Shown here one piece after another: positions 25,474 through 33,742 of a stretch of 36,266 nt of DNA. Below the pieces are notes generated by a model. It searched no databases, was not told where the DNA came from, and saw only the letters and a program-made list of their open reading frames with translations. The stretch is from the IMG/VR virus record IMGVR_UViG_3300047669_001621, positions 1 through 36,266 of that record. The stretch is one strand, 5' to 3'. Both the position numbers and the translations under genes were made by a program. The DNA comes from a virus (lineage: Duplodnaviria > Caudoviricetes). How positions within the stretch are numbered: the stretch's first letter is position 1; every line of letters begins with the position of its first letter.

Positions 25474-26744
25474 TAGCTTAATCGTGGTTTGGGTTGAGTA
25501 GCGTAGCTTTCATATCGTGCGAATGTGCGGCAGAAGGTCAAGGGTATTTTACCTGTCCCTCCATTGCGGTTCTTCACCACGTGAGCTTCCATTGTTTCCG
25601 TATTCTTAAATGCTCCATCCTCCATCCTCTTCAGCATGATGATCTGGTCGGCATCCTGCTCGATGGAACCCGAGTCCTTGAGGTGCCTCATCTGGGGGGT
25701 CGAGTCCGATTCCGATTCTCTGTTCTGCTGAGACAGGGCGAGTACGGGAGAGTCAAGCTTCTTGGCCAACATCTGCATCTCTCTCGATATGTTCGATATT
25801 CTTTCGTAGCTATTTTGACCCTCGCCACCCATTATTCCCAAGTAGTCCACGATCAGAAGATCAAGCCCGCCGCGAGACTTCTCGGAAACAGCTTTGGCCG
25901 CAAGGTATGAGACGGTGATTCCGCTGGACTGATCTATCATCAGCGGCCACTTCTTGATCTCCTCCGCTGCCTCCCTGAGCTTCTGCCTGTCCCCGGGGTT
26001 GTAGTGGTTGGCTCGGTTTATGATGGGAACTCTGGCTTCTGCGTGGATCAGTCGCTTTACAAGCTGATGCTTGCTCATCTCCAGACTGGAGAACAATACG
26101 CGCTTACCTGCTTTTGCTATGCGTGCCGCCATACTTAAGGCTAGGGCAGTCTTGCCCTGCGATGGCCTGCCTGCGAGAACTGACATCTCTCCCGGCTTAA
26201 ATCCGCCTAGCACTCGATCTAAGTCCACGAAGCCGGTGGGTAGGTACTCGATTTTCCCTTCGTCCATCAGTATGCAATGATCGAACACGTCGTCCACTTC
26301 GCTGCCCACTGGCTCGAATGACGATCCTTGATCGGATAGGGCGTCTGATATTTGCTTGGCCGCTCCCGTCAAAACCTCCTTGGGGTCTCCTCCGCCCGAT
26401 ATGCCGTCCTTCATGGAATTAGAGACAGCCTGAGCCTGCCTCCTTGTCCAAGCCTTGAGAACGCTCTCCGCATAGTACCCCACTTGGGCCGAGGTCTCGG
26501 TGGCCTGAGACCACTGGAGAACTTCCCCTATATCCAGATTGAGCTTGTCACTGATAGTAAACTCATCGGGAGCTTCCGTGAGGGTGGCGAATAAAGTCCA
26601 CGCCCTGCCTTTATCTGAACAAGAGAAATGTTGAGGTTGAATGAATCGGCTTGCCTCTGTGTAGGCGTAGGGCCAAGTGGTGTCGCGGATACAGCAACTT
26701 AGAACTCCTCTCTCAAGGCTTTCGTCGGGGATGTTAGATTTCAT
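25473..26744 (-). CDS. dnaB: Replicative DnaB-like helicase
   Basis: TGFVDLD, AGRPSQGKT, SLEMS, IVDYLG, LSQQNR, LKDSGSIEQDAD, KNRNG. Confidence 0.95.
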   Translation of the reverse strand: MKSNIPDESLERGVLSCCIRDTTWPYAYTEASRFIQPQHFSCSDKGRAWTLFATLTEAPDEFTISDKLNLDIGEVLQWSQATETSAQVGYYAESVLKAWTRRQAQAVSNSMKDGISGGGDPKEVLTGAAKQISDALSDQGSSFEPVGSEVDDVFDHCILMDEGKIEYLPTGFVDLDRVLGGFKPGEMSVLAGRPSQGKTALALSMAARIAKAGKRVLFSSLEMSKHQLVKRLIHAEARVPIINRANHYNPGDRQKLREAAEEIKKWPLMIDQSSGITVSYLAAKAVSEKSRGGLDLLIVDYLGIMGGEGQNSYERISNISREMQMLAKKLDSPVLALSQQNRESESDSTPQMRHLKDSGSIEQDADQIIMLKRMEDGAFKNTETMEAHVVKNRNGGTGKIPLTFCRTFARYESYATQPKPRLS

Positions 26745-26801
26745 ATAGCCAGCATAATATTATTACTAAAATCATCGTGATGCAGAACAGACAGGTCAGA
26801 G

Positions 26802-27554
26802 TCATGCATACTCCTCGACCGTCCCTGACCATGCACTTGGAGAATACTCTACCTCGTCCTCCCACCTCTTGTGGTTGAGGAAGGTAACCGCCATGGGGAT
26901 GTATCTTCCCTTCTCCTTTTTCCAGTCGGCGGTCTCCTTGAGCTTCTCCACGGATGCCACGATGGAAGCCGTACTGGACTCAAGCCCGTCGTACACCCAA
27001 GATATGAATGACTCTTGCTTGTTCTGCCTTACTCCATTCCTAGGAGGGTAGGTTTCCCAAAATTTTTGAAAGCCTGCGTAATCCTTATAGGTCAAGGATT
27101 TATTCTTGATGGCTCGCTTCACTCCATCCTTAGTATTATATTCCTTATATATTTCATCTTCAACGCACGTCCGTGCGCGGGGGGACGCCTTTTTGTCTTT
27201 CTTCTTTGAAACAGCCTCCTTCATGTTGGGCGTATCTCCTTGATCACTAACCATCCTACGGGAATAAATGACCCCCTCTTCATCTATGGAATAAACCCCT
27301 GCATCCTCTAGTTCTTGCATCCAGTGAAGGACTTCATCTTCGGGGTCGTTCTGTCCAACCAACCTGCATATCTGTCCTTTATGAAGGGCTTTATTATTAA
27401 CTATCAAGTACCCCCTTTTTTCCGACTCCCACATGTAGCACAGCATCCTCAGCCACAAGCCCTGCGCGCATAGCGAGCAGACGTTCAGCGCGGGGTCGGC
27501 CAGCCAGTCCCGTGGGTAGAACAGCATGGCGGGTTTCTTACCTTTAGTTCCCAT
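26802..27554 (-). CDS. Phage replication initiator protein
   Basis: N-terminal PAMLFYPRDWLAD..CS..AQGLW..MLCYMW winged-helix type; C-terminal F.KFW..YP..K..YIP..TFLN..RWEDE; directly upstream of dnaB. Confidence 0.8.
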   Translation of the reverse strand: MGTKGKKPAMLFYPRDWLADPALNVCSLCAQGLWLRMLCYMWESEKRGYLIVNNKALHKGQICRLVGQNDPEDEVLHWMQELEDAGVYSIDEEGVIYSRRMVSDQGDTPNMKEAVSKKKDKKASPRARTCVEDEIYKEYNTKDGVKRAIKNKSLTYKDYAGFQKFWETYPPRNGVRQNKQESFISWVYDGLESSTASIVASVEKLKETADWKKEKGRYIPMAVTFLNHKRWEDEVEYSPSAWSGTVEEYA

Positions 27555-27882
27555 TTCTCTTAAGTGTTATTATCGTCTCTTCCTCTTTGTACTTGGAGAC
27601 TTTCTCTTGTGTGATTTCGATTTCGATGACTTCCGGAGTATCCTCTGGGATAAGGCCAGCATAGCGTATCTGATCGACGATATCCTTAACGTAGAGGTTG
27701 TCTGGGTCGAGTAGGTTGACCCTACGGCTTCTAATGCCAACAAGATACTCTGGCCGCATTCCTTCTTCGCCTTGACCTTTGCCCACCGATTTAACCCTAA
27801 CACCACATTTAGGCTTGGCACTCGGTAGTCCTTTAGGGTCAGAGCCACCGACTGGCCTTTTGTTAGGAGATGGTTCACTCAA
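27544..27882 (-). CDS. RusA-like Holliday junction resolvase, catalytic C-terminal part
   Basis: RSRRVNLLDPDNLYVKDIVDQIRYAGLIPEDT matches RusA DxDN..K..D....G...DD; the N-terminal 40 aa in this frame look disordered. Confidence 0.75.
   Translation of the reverse strand: MSEPSPNKRPVGGSDPKGLPSAKPKCGVRVKSVGKGQGEEGMRPEYLVGIRSRRVNLLDPDNLYVKDIVDQIRYAGLIPEDTPEVIEIEITQEKVSKYKEEETIITLKRNGN
27570..27878 (-). CDS. Overlapping frame carrying a RusA-like N-terminal part
   Basis: LTLKDYRVPSLN...NRWAKVKAKKE resembles the RusA N-terminal strand, PSxN motif and basic helix; GTG follows the upstream stop directly. Confidence 0.55.
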   Translation of the reverse strand: MNHLLTKGQSVALTLKDYRVPSLNVVLGLNRWAKVKAKKECGQSILLALEAVGSTYSTQTTSTLRISSIRYAMLALSQRILRKSSKSKSHKRKSPSTKRKRR

Positions 27883-28961
27883 CTTTTATCCTTTATGATT
27901 GATGGGGACTTGTCCTTGGCGACGATAATCGACTCCAGAATCTTTTCAACCTCCAACCTCGAGCCTTTCTTCTTGCCCGTGATGGATTCGTAAAGCTTCA
28001 CTATTTCCGGTATCGTCAAACGAGTGCAGGCAAGCAGGTCGTCCTCGGAGAAATCAAACTCTTTTCTGAGTAGCTCAACCGCATCCTTGGCGTTCTTGAT
28101 CGACTTGACCTTCCCTGATGATCTCAGTTTGTAATTGGGCAGAAACGATTCGTCTTCGGAGAGCTTCCCTTTTGCCCAGCTCGTCAGGCGAGTCGCCCAC
28201 TTGCTAGCTATTTGTGCTACAGATAGGAGCCTCTCTATTTCAAGGGGTTCCTCCAGCTTTTCTATATCGACCCCGACTACCGTGTCCATGACGTTTCTGA
28301 CTTCGGGGCAATGGCTCAATCCCTTGCACCACTTGCAGGCGTTGGGGTGCGGCCTTCGCTGAGCTGTTGGAGCCATGCTCTCCTTCAGCATGGAAAGCAT
28401 AGCTGCCTTGACTTCCTTTAGGTCTCGCTTGGCGAGCATGTCGATGGAGTACGCCTCGAGGCCGAGCGGCTGAACCAGAGACACGTGTACGGAGTTTAGG
28501 TTGTGCTTTTCCGCCAGCAGTACGGCATATGCCCTGAGCTGTAGGTTGTCATAGGCATTGACTTGGTATCCGCTCAGCGTCTTGTAGTCCACTACGAGGC
28601 CGGACTTGTCCGTCCATTCGGCATAGTCGAACTTACCGCTCATCACTTTGGCTCCGGCTTCATTGAGAAGCCAGTACCTTTCCTCCTTCCTTATAGTGGT
28701 CTCCTTGGCAGCGTCCATGCCGGAGTCGGCCCTAGCCTTCTCAAGCAGTTGCCTAGCCTTGCGAACCACGAACCTTCGCTCCGGCTCAAGCGACTCGACA
28801 ACCAAATCCTCATCTGCAATCAAGTCATGCCTGATGGTTCCCTCGGTTGCTTCCGGTGACTCGACGTCCGGGAATTTGGACTCGAAGGCCCAACTCCCCG
28901 GACAGAGCTGAATTCGTCCGATGCCTGAAGCCGATGGGCAGCTTTGCCTTTCGTCGATCAT
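27879..28961 (-). CDS. Cas4-like PD-(D/E)xK exonuclease (DUF2800-type)
   Basis: SASG..R...CPGS, EGTIRH, SGKFD, VVDYKT, NLQLRAYA, CKWC.....CP; start taken at ATG 28961. Confidence 0.85.
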   Translation of the reverse strand: MIDERQSCPSASGIGRIQLCPGSWAFESKFPDVESPEATEGTIRHDLIADEDLVVESLEPERRFVVRKARQLLEKARADSGMDAAKETTIRKEERYWLLNEAGAKVMSGKFDYAEWTDKSGLVVDYKTLSGYQVNAYDNLQLRAYAVLLAEKHNLNSVHVSLVQPLGLEAYSIDMLAKRDLKEVKAAMLSMLKESMAPTAQRRPHPNACKWCKGLSHCPEVRNVMDTVVGVDIEKLEEPLEIERLLSVAQIASKWATRLTSWAKGKLSEDESFLPNYKLRSSGKVKSIKNAKDAVELLRKEFDFSEDDLLACTRLTIPEIVKLYESITGKKKGSRLEVEKILESIIVAKDKSPSIIKDKS

Positions 28962-29025
28962 AGCGTCACGATGATGAGCAGTATGACCATTCCGACTCCG
29001 ACCATAAGGAAGCAATCATCCCAAC

Positions 29026-29658
29026 TCACGCCTTCCTCCAGTTTTGCAAGTAGGACGTCATGTCCGGATAATCGGCGAACTTGTCCCTATGCTCCCAGAG
29101 GGTTTCAAGTTGAGCTTGAGTTAAGTCCGATAGCAGTATCCCCTCCCAGTTGCCAATCGGAACCTTGCCCCCGAGCGGAAGCTCGACAACAGGCTTCTTA
29201 CTGACAGGAACCAGACTCCGGCGCAGGTGGTGGAGAGAGTCAACTACTTCGCTCTGGGTCTGGGTTTTCCGCGTAGGTATGTCTTCTCCTGCGTATATGT
29301 AAAGCCCTAGTCCAAAAAGAGCGATGCACTTGACTAAGCATCTCATCTTGGCGTCGTTGACATCCCGAGCATTGGGTCCGGTGATGGCGCTGTTCTTGTA
29401 GTCCATCACGGGTAGCCAGCAGGTTCTGGTAAGTCCAGCTACCGTTAGCGAGCATCTCACTTCGCCGGTTCCATCCGGCATCGGCCAGAACTCGGAGCCA
29501 TCCTCCGCCTTTTCAAACTCAAAAGTAGAGTCGGGGAAGTTATCGCACAACGTCTTCCATGCCCACGCCCAAGAGAGGTAGGACAAATTGCCCTTCTTCT
29601 CTATGTGGTCCGAGCAATCAATGGACGCTAATTTGTTCCACGCTTCTTTCATTGTCAT
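29026..29658 (-). CDS. sak: Sak (Rad52-like, DUF1071) single-strand annealing protein
   Basis: IEKKGNLSYLSWAWAW, WLPVMDYKN, DVNDAKMRCLVKCIALFGLGLYIYAGEDIP. Confidence 0.92.
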   Translation of the reverse strand: MTMKEAWNKLASIDCSDHIEKKGNLSYLSWAWAWKTLCDNFPDSTFEFEKAEDGSEFWPMPDGTGEVRCSLTVAGLTRTCWLPVMDYKNSAITGPNARDVNDAKMRCLVKCIALFGLGLYIYAGEDIPTRKTQTQSEVVDSLHHLRRSLVPVSKKPVVELPLGGKVPIGNWEGILLSDLTQAQLETLWEHRDKFADYPDMTSYLQNWRKA

Positions 29659-29911
29659 CCTTGATTATTTCGGGTTCAGTTGATAGTTCCATAGGTTCCA
29701 TGTCCTCGGCGGGGCCGTCTTCTCCGCACCCAGTGTTCATGGGCAACTCGAATCTGCCCAGCGCTTGCTGTAAGTCCGCCAGTCCGGTATATATCCATCC
29801 TCTACATATAGTGGACATGCTCTCGTCCCTGTCTTCGGCCCACGCCTTGAGGAAGTCGAACTTGTCCTCCCTCAGCGAAATGGACACCTGCCTCATTAGT
29901 TTTTTTGCCAT
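29618..29911 (-). CDS. Ribbon-helix-helix (Arc/CopG-like) regulator with acidic tail
   Basis: MRQVSISL strand, then REDKFDFLKAWAEDRDE and SMSTICRGWI helices; ATG 29911. Confidence 0.7.
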   Translation of the reverse strand: MAKKLMRQVSISLREDKFDFLKAWAEDRDESMSTICRGWIYTGLADLQQALGRFELPMNTGCGEDGPAEDMEPMELSTEPEIIKDDNERSVEQISVH

Positions 29912-29945
29912 AGCTTTATTTATTGGGTTTAGTTGAAAAACGGTG

Positions 29946-29975
29946 AAATTAAGGTACAAAGATTATGCTTGTCAA
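29946..29975 (-). promoter_or_regulatory. sigma70-type leftward promoter
   Basis: TTGACA (29975-29970), 18-nt spacer, TAATTT (29951-29946), AT-rich upstream region. Confidence 0.6.
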
Positions 29976-30008
29976 GAACCTAAAATAAATTATTTTCATT
30001 TATAAAAT

Positions 30009-30371
30009 ATGTGGAAATACCTGAAAAAATTTTCTCCGGCGTTGGTTCGCTTGTTGGCTCGTAGACAAGTGGGAACATCCAAGGCCAAAGTCGAGGCGAT
30101 CACTAATCAGGAGATTGCAGTAACTGCGGACCTCTCGGTCGATAGGGTAATTGAGATTTCCATGCTCCTTGCGTGGGATGACGTTACGATAGGCGAGGCT
30201 CGGAAGTTCTTCAAGGCTTGTGGGTTCGACCCCTTCAACTCTGCCGACAGGAACAGAGCATCTGCCTACTTGCGGGCGGGAGCAACCTTTAAGTATCTAC
30301 AAAAACACCCACATTGGGATACGTTCTTCAAGCCCCTCATTCAACATGTTCAAGCCTCCGAAAGGAATTAA
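30009..30371 (+). CDS. HTH (XRE-like) DNA-binding protein
   Basis: ITNQEIAVTADLSVDRVIEIS HTH; divergent from the RHH gene across an AT-rich gap; no SD. Confidence 0.6.
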   Translation: MWKYLKKFSPALVRLLARRQVGTSKAKVEAITNQEIAVTADLSVDRVIEISMLLAWDDVTIGEARKFFKACGFDPFNSADRNRASAYLRAGATFKYLQKHPHWDTFFKPLIQHVQASERN

Positions 30372-30684
30372 GTACGGCACCGTGAGCAAGGATGAACTCG
30401 AGGGGGAGATGCTGAGCGATCCGTATCTCACCAAGCTTATGCAGCGCAGGATGGAGGCCAAGGCGAAGGTTGACGCTTTGGCCGATAGACTAAAGGGCGA
30501 GAAGGCTCAATACAAGAAGTCCTTTTGGTCCCTATGGAAAGCGGAAGCCGATCTGGTGAAGGCAAAGCTCAGGAGGGGAGAGGTCGATTCTAGATGCAAG
30601 ACGGGTTGGCAGAAGAGGTGCTGGGAATTATTCAGGATATTGAGATTTAGAAAACTCAAGAATGGCAAAGCGAAAAAAGATTAG
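30346..30684 (+). CDS. Basic coiled-coil hypothetical protein
   Basis: ATG 30346 (MFKPPKG) overlaps upstream end. Confidence 0.65.
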   Translation: MFKPPKGIKYGTVSKDELEGEMLSDPYLTKLMQRRMEAKAKVDALADRLKGEKAQYKKSFWSLWKAEADLVKAKLRRGEVDSRCKTGWQKRCWELFRILRFRKLKNGKAKKD

Positions 30685-31330
30685 CATACCCAACGACCTC
30701 ATTATGGAGGTGATGGGGCAAGTTGACGAAAGCGTATCAGTGGCGGCCGAAGCCATGAACGTCAGCGAGTCTTCCCTAAGGAAGCGAATCAAGGCAGATA
30801 GACAGCTTTCTGCGTTATACTTAAAGGAGTCGCCTGATCCCATCGAGCTACCCGATAAGGTGGAGACGCTCATTCGTGAGCCTAAGATCCAAAAAGGGGA
30901 TAAGAAGCTGGCTAATGCCATGCAGAAGATGAACTCAAAGCTCCTGAACGAGGGCTTGAGGCAGGCGGGGATAAGTGACGAGACCTGCAAGAAGCTGGAG
31001 CTTTTCTCAAAGATGGACGATAACGGGTGGCGCATGCTCATAGGTGGACTTGACCTCATGCACCGCATGCTGTTGTATCAAGCCGCCGCCCTATTTCAGG
31101 AAGCGGAGCGTTGTCGAACTGAGCTAGATGGGGACGACGTGGACTGGGATCAAAGGATGTCTCTACAGAAACACTATAACGAGATATGCAAAACACTGAT
31201 AAGCACTTACGACAGAGTATTGAACGGTACGATGGCGAGCGTGAAGATGGCGGAAAGAACAACGCCAACGAAGAAAAAGAAGCCCGGGTATGCTCCCTTG
31301 ACAGAAAAAGATACGCTATCCCAGAGCTAA
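30662..31330 (+). CDS. Terminase small subunit candidate
   Basis: N-terminal HTH SVSVAAEAMNVSESSLRKRIK, helical middle, position upstream of terL. Confidence 0.55.
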   Translation: MAKRKKISIPNDLIMEVMGQVDESVSVAAEAMNVSESSLRKRIKADRQLSALYLKESPDPIELPDKVETLIREPKIQKGDKKLANAMQKMNSKLLNEGLRQAGISDETCKKLELFSKMDDNGWRMLIGGLDLMHRMLLYQAAALFQEAERCRTELDGDDVDWDQRMSLQKHYNEICKTLISTYDRVLNGTMASVKMAERTTPTKKKKPGYAPLTEKDTLSQS

Positions 31331-31497
31331 CCGATGCCGAGCTTGGTCAAGTAGAGAAGGGGTATGATCAGTTTGCCAAGCGCCACGACGTGGCGGGTGA
31401 TGAATCCATTATCAGGATGAGGTACTTTGTGCGGATCGCCTACTTATTCGGATTCATAAACGGCAAGAGGGGCAAAGACCCGTCATACTCGCAGTGA
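31186..31497 (+). CDS. Hypothetical protein (start uncertain)
   Basis: Stop overlaps the terL GTG (GTGA); the only early start lies 145 nt inside the upstream gene. Confidence 0.45.
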   Translation: MQNTDKHLRQSIERYDGEREDGGKNNANEEKEARVCSLDRKRYAIPELTDAELGQVEKGYDQFAKRHDVAGDESIIRMRYFVRIAYLFGFINGKRGKDPSYSQ

Positions 31498-33047
31498 AGG
31501 TAACAAAGGAAAACCTCCTAGAGCGTCTAAGTAATTTAGCGGACGACGACGGGGACGAGGAGGGCGGGGGGTATGACCCGAACTGGTCCCCAAGTCTATC
31601 TCCGACGCAGGTTAAGATATACAACTCCACGGCGAAATATATATTGGCACACGGCAATAGGGGATCAGGGAAGACTTACGTGCTGGGCGGGCATAAGCTC
31701 GTCAGGCATGCCTATGAAAACTTCAATGCCCTTTGCCTTATAATTGTAGGGATCAGGTCTCAGGCCATACTGGGCGGCGTTTGGCACAAGGTGGTGACGG
31801 AGGTGCTGCCGCTATGGAAGGAGGGCATTGGCATAGAATACACAGAGGAGAGGCAGGATACCCAAAAGAATATTTATATAGACGTTCAGAATAAGTTTGG
31901 CGGATGGAGTAGGATTTACCTCATATCGATACCCCACGGAACGCTGGTGAAGAATAGGGTGAAGGGCTTTGAGCCGTCATACTTGTTTGTGGACGAGCTG
32001 ACTAACTTGGACGGCCCGGTCTACTTTGAGGCAATCGTCCAGCAACTGGGTCGGCGACCAGGCATTGACGGCGTGCAGCAGTACACTGCGGCGTGCAACC
32101 CAGACGGCCCGAGCCACTGGGTATACAAGAGGTGGTGGGAGACGCCGCTGGACGAGGAGGGGAATTACAACAAGGATTACGAGAGGCACTTCCTTGACGT
32201 CGAGGAGAATCAAGCCAACTTGCCCCCCGGTTATTATGATCGAGTTGTTGAGGCGACAAAGACATCGCCCTACGAATACAAGCGAATGGTGCTGGGGGAA
32301 TGGGTGGACGTCCCCGCTGGCGAGGCAATTTTTAAGGGGTTCTTCCATGAGAACGTTCACATAGTGGGAGCGGGCAAGGAGAAGATTGTTCCTAATTCGG
32401 AGTTCCCTATTATAGTGGGATACGACTTGGGTCAGGTTAATCACGGAATAACGTTTCTCCAACAGATCGTCGGCTCGGATAAGGCCATATGGACTGCGTT
32501 TGACGAGATATCCATAACGAACGAGAAAGTTCCATATGAAGAACTTTGCGTTAGGATAATGAGAAAGATGGCTTACTGGAACAGGGTGATGGAGTGGGAC
32601 TTCAAATATCTGCATTACTCTGACAATTCCGCGTTCAACCAGTATCGCCCCGGCGGACAGGCGGGTTCTTACGACGTGCTTGATATAGAAAGAATATCCA
32701 AATCCAAGGCGGCGTCTTTCGGGTTGGAGGCTATAAGAATGAAGCCCGCCCCAAAGTTCCAGGGGTCGGTGGAGGCGAGGGTCAGGCTTATGATTAACAA
32801 GTTGATCAATAACGAGTTCGTGATGTCCAGAGACCTTAAGAGCTTGAAGGGCATGTTCTTTAATTTGACATCCGAAAAGTCTAAGTTCGGAAGATATGAC
32901 CCATCGTTGGCCTTGAAGCCAAAAAGATCGAAGTATATTCACATCTTTGACGCGCTGACGTACCCAATGATATCCCTCGACGTCGGGCCTGCCTACGGCA
33001 GCGTTAGTTCGGTCTCGGAGATATTCGATATAGGCGGGATGAATTAG
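31494..33047 (+). CDS. terL: Terminase large subunit
   Basis: PTQ, GNRGSGKT Walker A, LFVDE Walker B, ACNP coupling motif, VGYDLG and HIFDALTY RNase H-like nuclease motifs. Confidence 0.95.
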   Translation: MKVTKENLLERLSNLADDDGDEEGGGYDPNWSPSLSPTQVKIYNSTAKYILAHGNRGSGKTYVLGGHKLVRHAYENFNALCLIIVGIRSQAILGGVWHKVVTEVLPLWKEGIGIEYTEERQDTQKNIYIDVQNKFGGWSRIYLISIPHGTLVKNRVKGFEPSYLFVDELTNLDGPVYFEAIVQQLGRRPGIDGVQQYTAACNPDGPSHWVYKRWWETPLDEEGNYNKDYERHFLDVEENQANLPPGYYDRVVEATKTSPYEYKRMVLGEWVDVPAGEAIFKGFFHENVHIVGAGKEKIVPNSEFPIIVGYDLGQVNHGITFLQQIVGSDKAIWTAFDEISITNEKVPYEELCVRIMRKMAYWNRVMEWDFKYLHYSDNSAFNQYRPGGQAGSYDVLDIERISKSKAASFGLEAIRMKPAPKFQGSVEARVRLMINKLINNEFVMSRDLKSLKGMFFNLTSEKSKFGRYDPSLALKPKRSKYIHIFDALTYPMISLDVGPAYGSVSSVSEIFDIGGMN

Positions 33048-33079
33048 TTGCTTGCTTTTGGAAAATAAAATAGTAATGT
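33048..33079 (+). promoter_or_regulatory. Possible sigma70-type promoter for the portal unit
   Basis: TTGCTT (33052-33057), 16-nt spacer, TAATGT (33074-33079) in an AT-rich gap. Confidence 0.35.
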
Positions 33080-33088
33080 AGCTCCACT

Positions 33089-33418
33089 ATGGCAGACAAT
33101 ACAATATCATTAAACTTCAGAGATAATCCTGAAATGGCGTCATTTGTAGACTCAATGTCGCCCCGCGTGGGCGGAAGTGTGTCCCTTACCGTTACGGTCG
33201 GAGTGCAGGAGTATGACGAAAATCGCCTCGTAGGGGTTATTACCAATGTGGACAGAGACCCGTATTCGGACTATGAGCAACCGTTGGACGCTCCAGCCGA
33301 AGAGTTTGAGGGTACGACTGACCCGGCACTTGAGGACTTCGACTCTTCGAGCCTAACGGATACGCTGGCGATGGCGGAGGCCCTTCCAGGGGAGGCCGGG
33401 CCAGCGGGTGAATACTAA
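33089..33418 (+). CDS. Acidic hypothetical protein
   Basis: Beta-rich N-terminal half, acidic disordered tail; abuts the next ATG. Confidence 0.7.
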   Translation: MADNTISLNFRDNPEMASFVDSMSPRVGGSVSLTVTVGVQEYDENRLVGVITNVDRDPYSDYEQPLDAPAEEFEGTTDPALEDFDSSSLTDTLAMAEALPGEAGPAGEY

Positions 33419-33742
33419 ATGCCCGCAGAGGTTTTAGTCCGAAACTATCACAGGAAGAACATACCTAAATGGAATGCGGATCGAGTTCGAAGGTTGTGCG
33501 GCTTCTTGGACATAACAGAGTCGGAGCTTGCCGCTCTCATGTTGGTGCCGCTCGCCAGCTGGAAGAAGTATCTATCCAGTGGAAAGTTCGCCGGCCCCGT
33601 AAAGCTTATGCTTACGCAAATGGAAAGACTATTCCTAAGGGGGGCGGTCAATGACACCGCCGAAGGCAACGCCGTGCCTCTCCACTTATTCGCACTGCAA
33701 GGCAGGACGGATTGCCCTGTCTGCGGGAAAGAGATGACGTAA
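33419..33742 (+). CDS. HTH (XRE-like) protein
   Basis: RVRRLCGFLDITESELAALMLVPLASWKKY HTH; C-terminal CPVCG; TAATG overlap with the portal gene. Confidence 0.6.
   Translation: MPAEVLVRNYHRKNIPKWNADRVRRLCGFLDITESELAALMLVPLASWKKYLSSGKFAGPVKLMLTQMERLFLRGAVNDTAEGNAVPLHLFALQGRTDCPVCGKEMT

Noticed and set aside
26802-27554. Iteron origin within the initiator gene
   Set aside because: No convincing direct repeats found by eye; only a modestly AT-rich patch near 27090-27160.
31977-32942. 321-aa antisense ORF inside terL
   Set aside because: Shadow of a well-supported gene; no motifs or SD, and the composition is typical of antisense frames.
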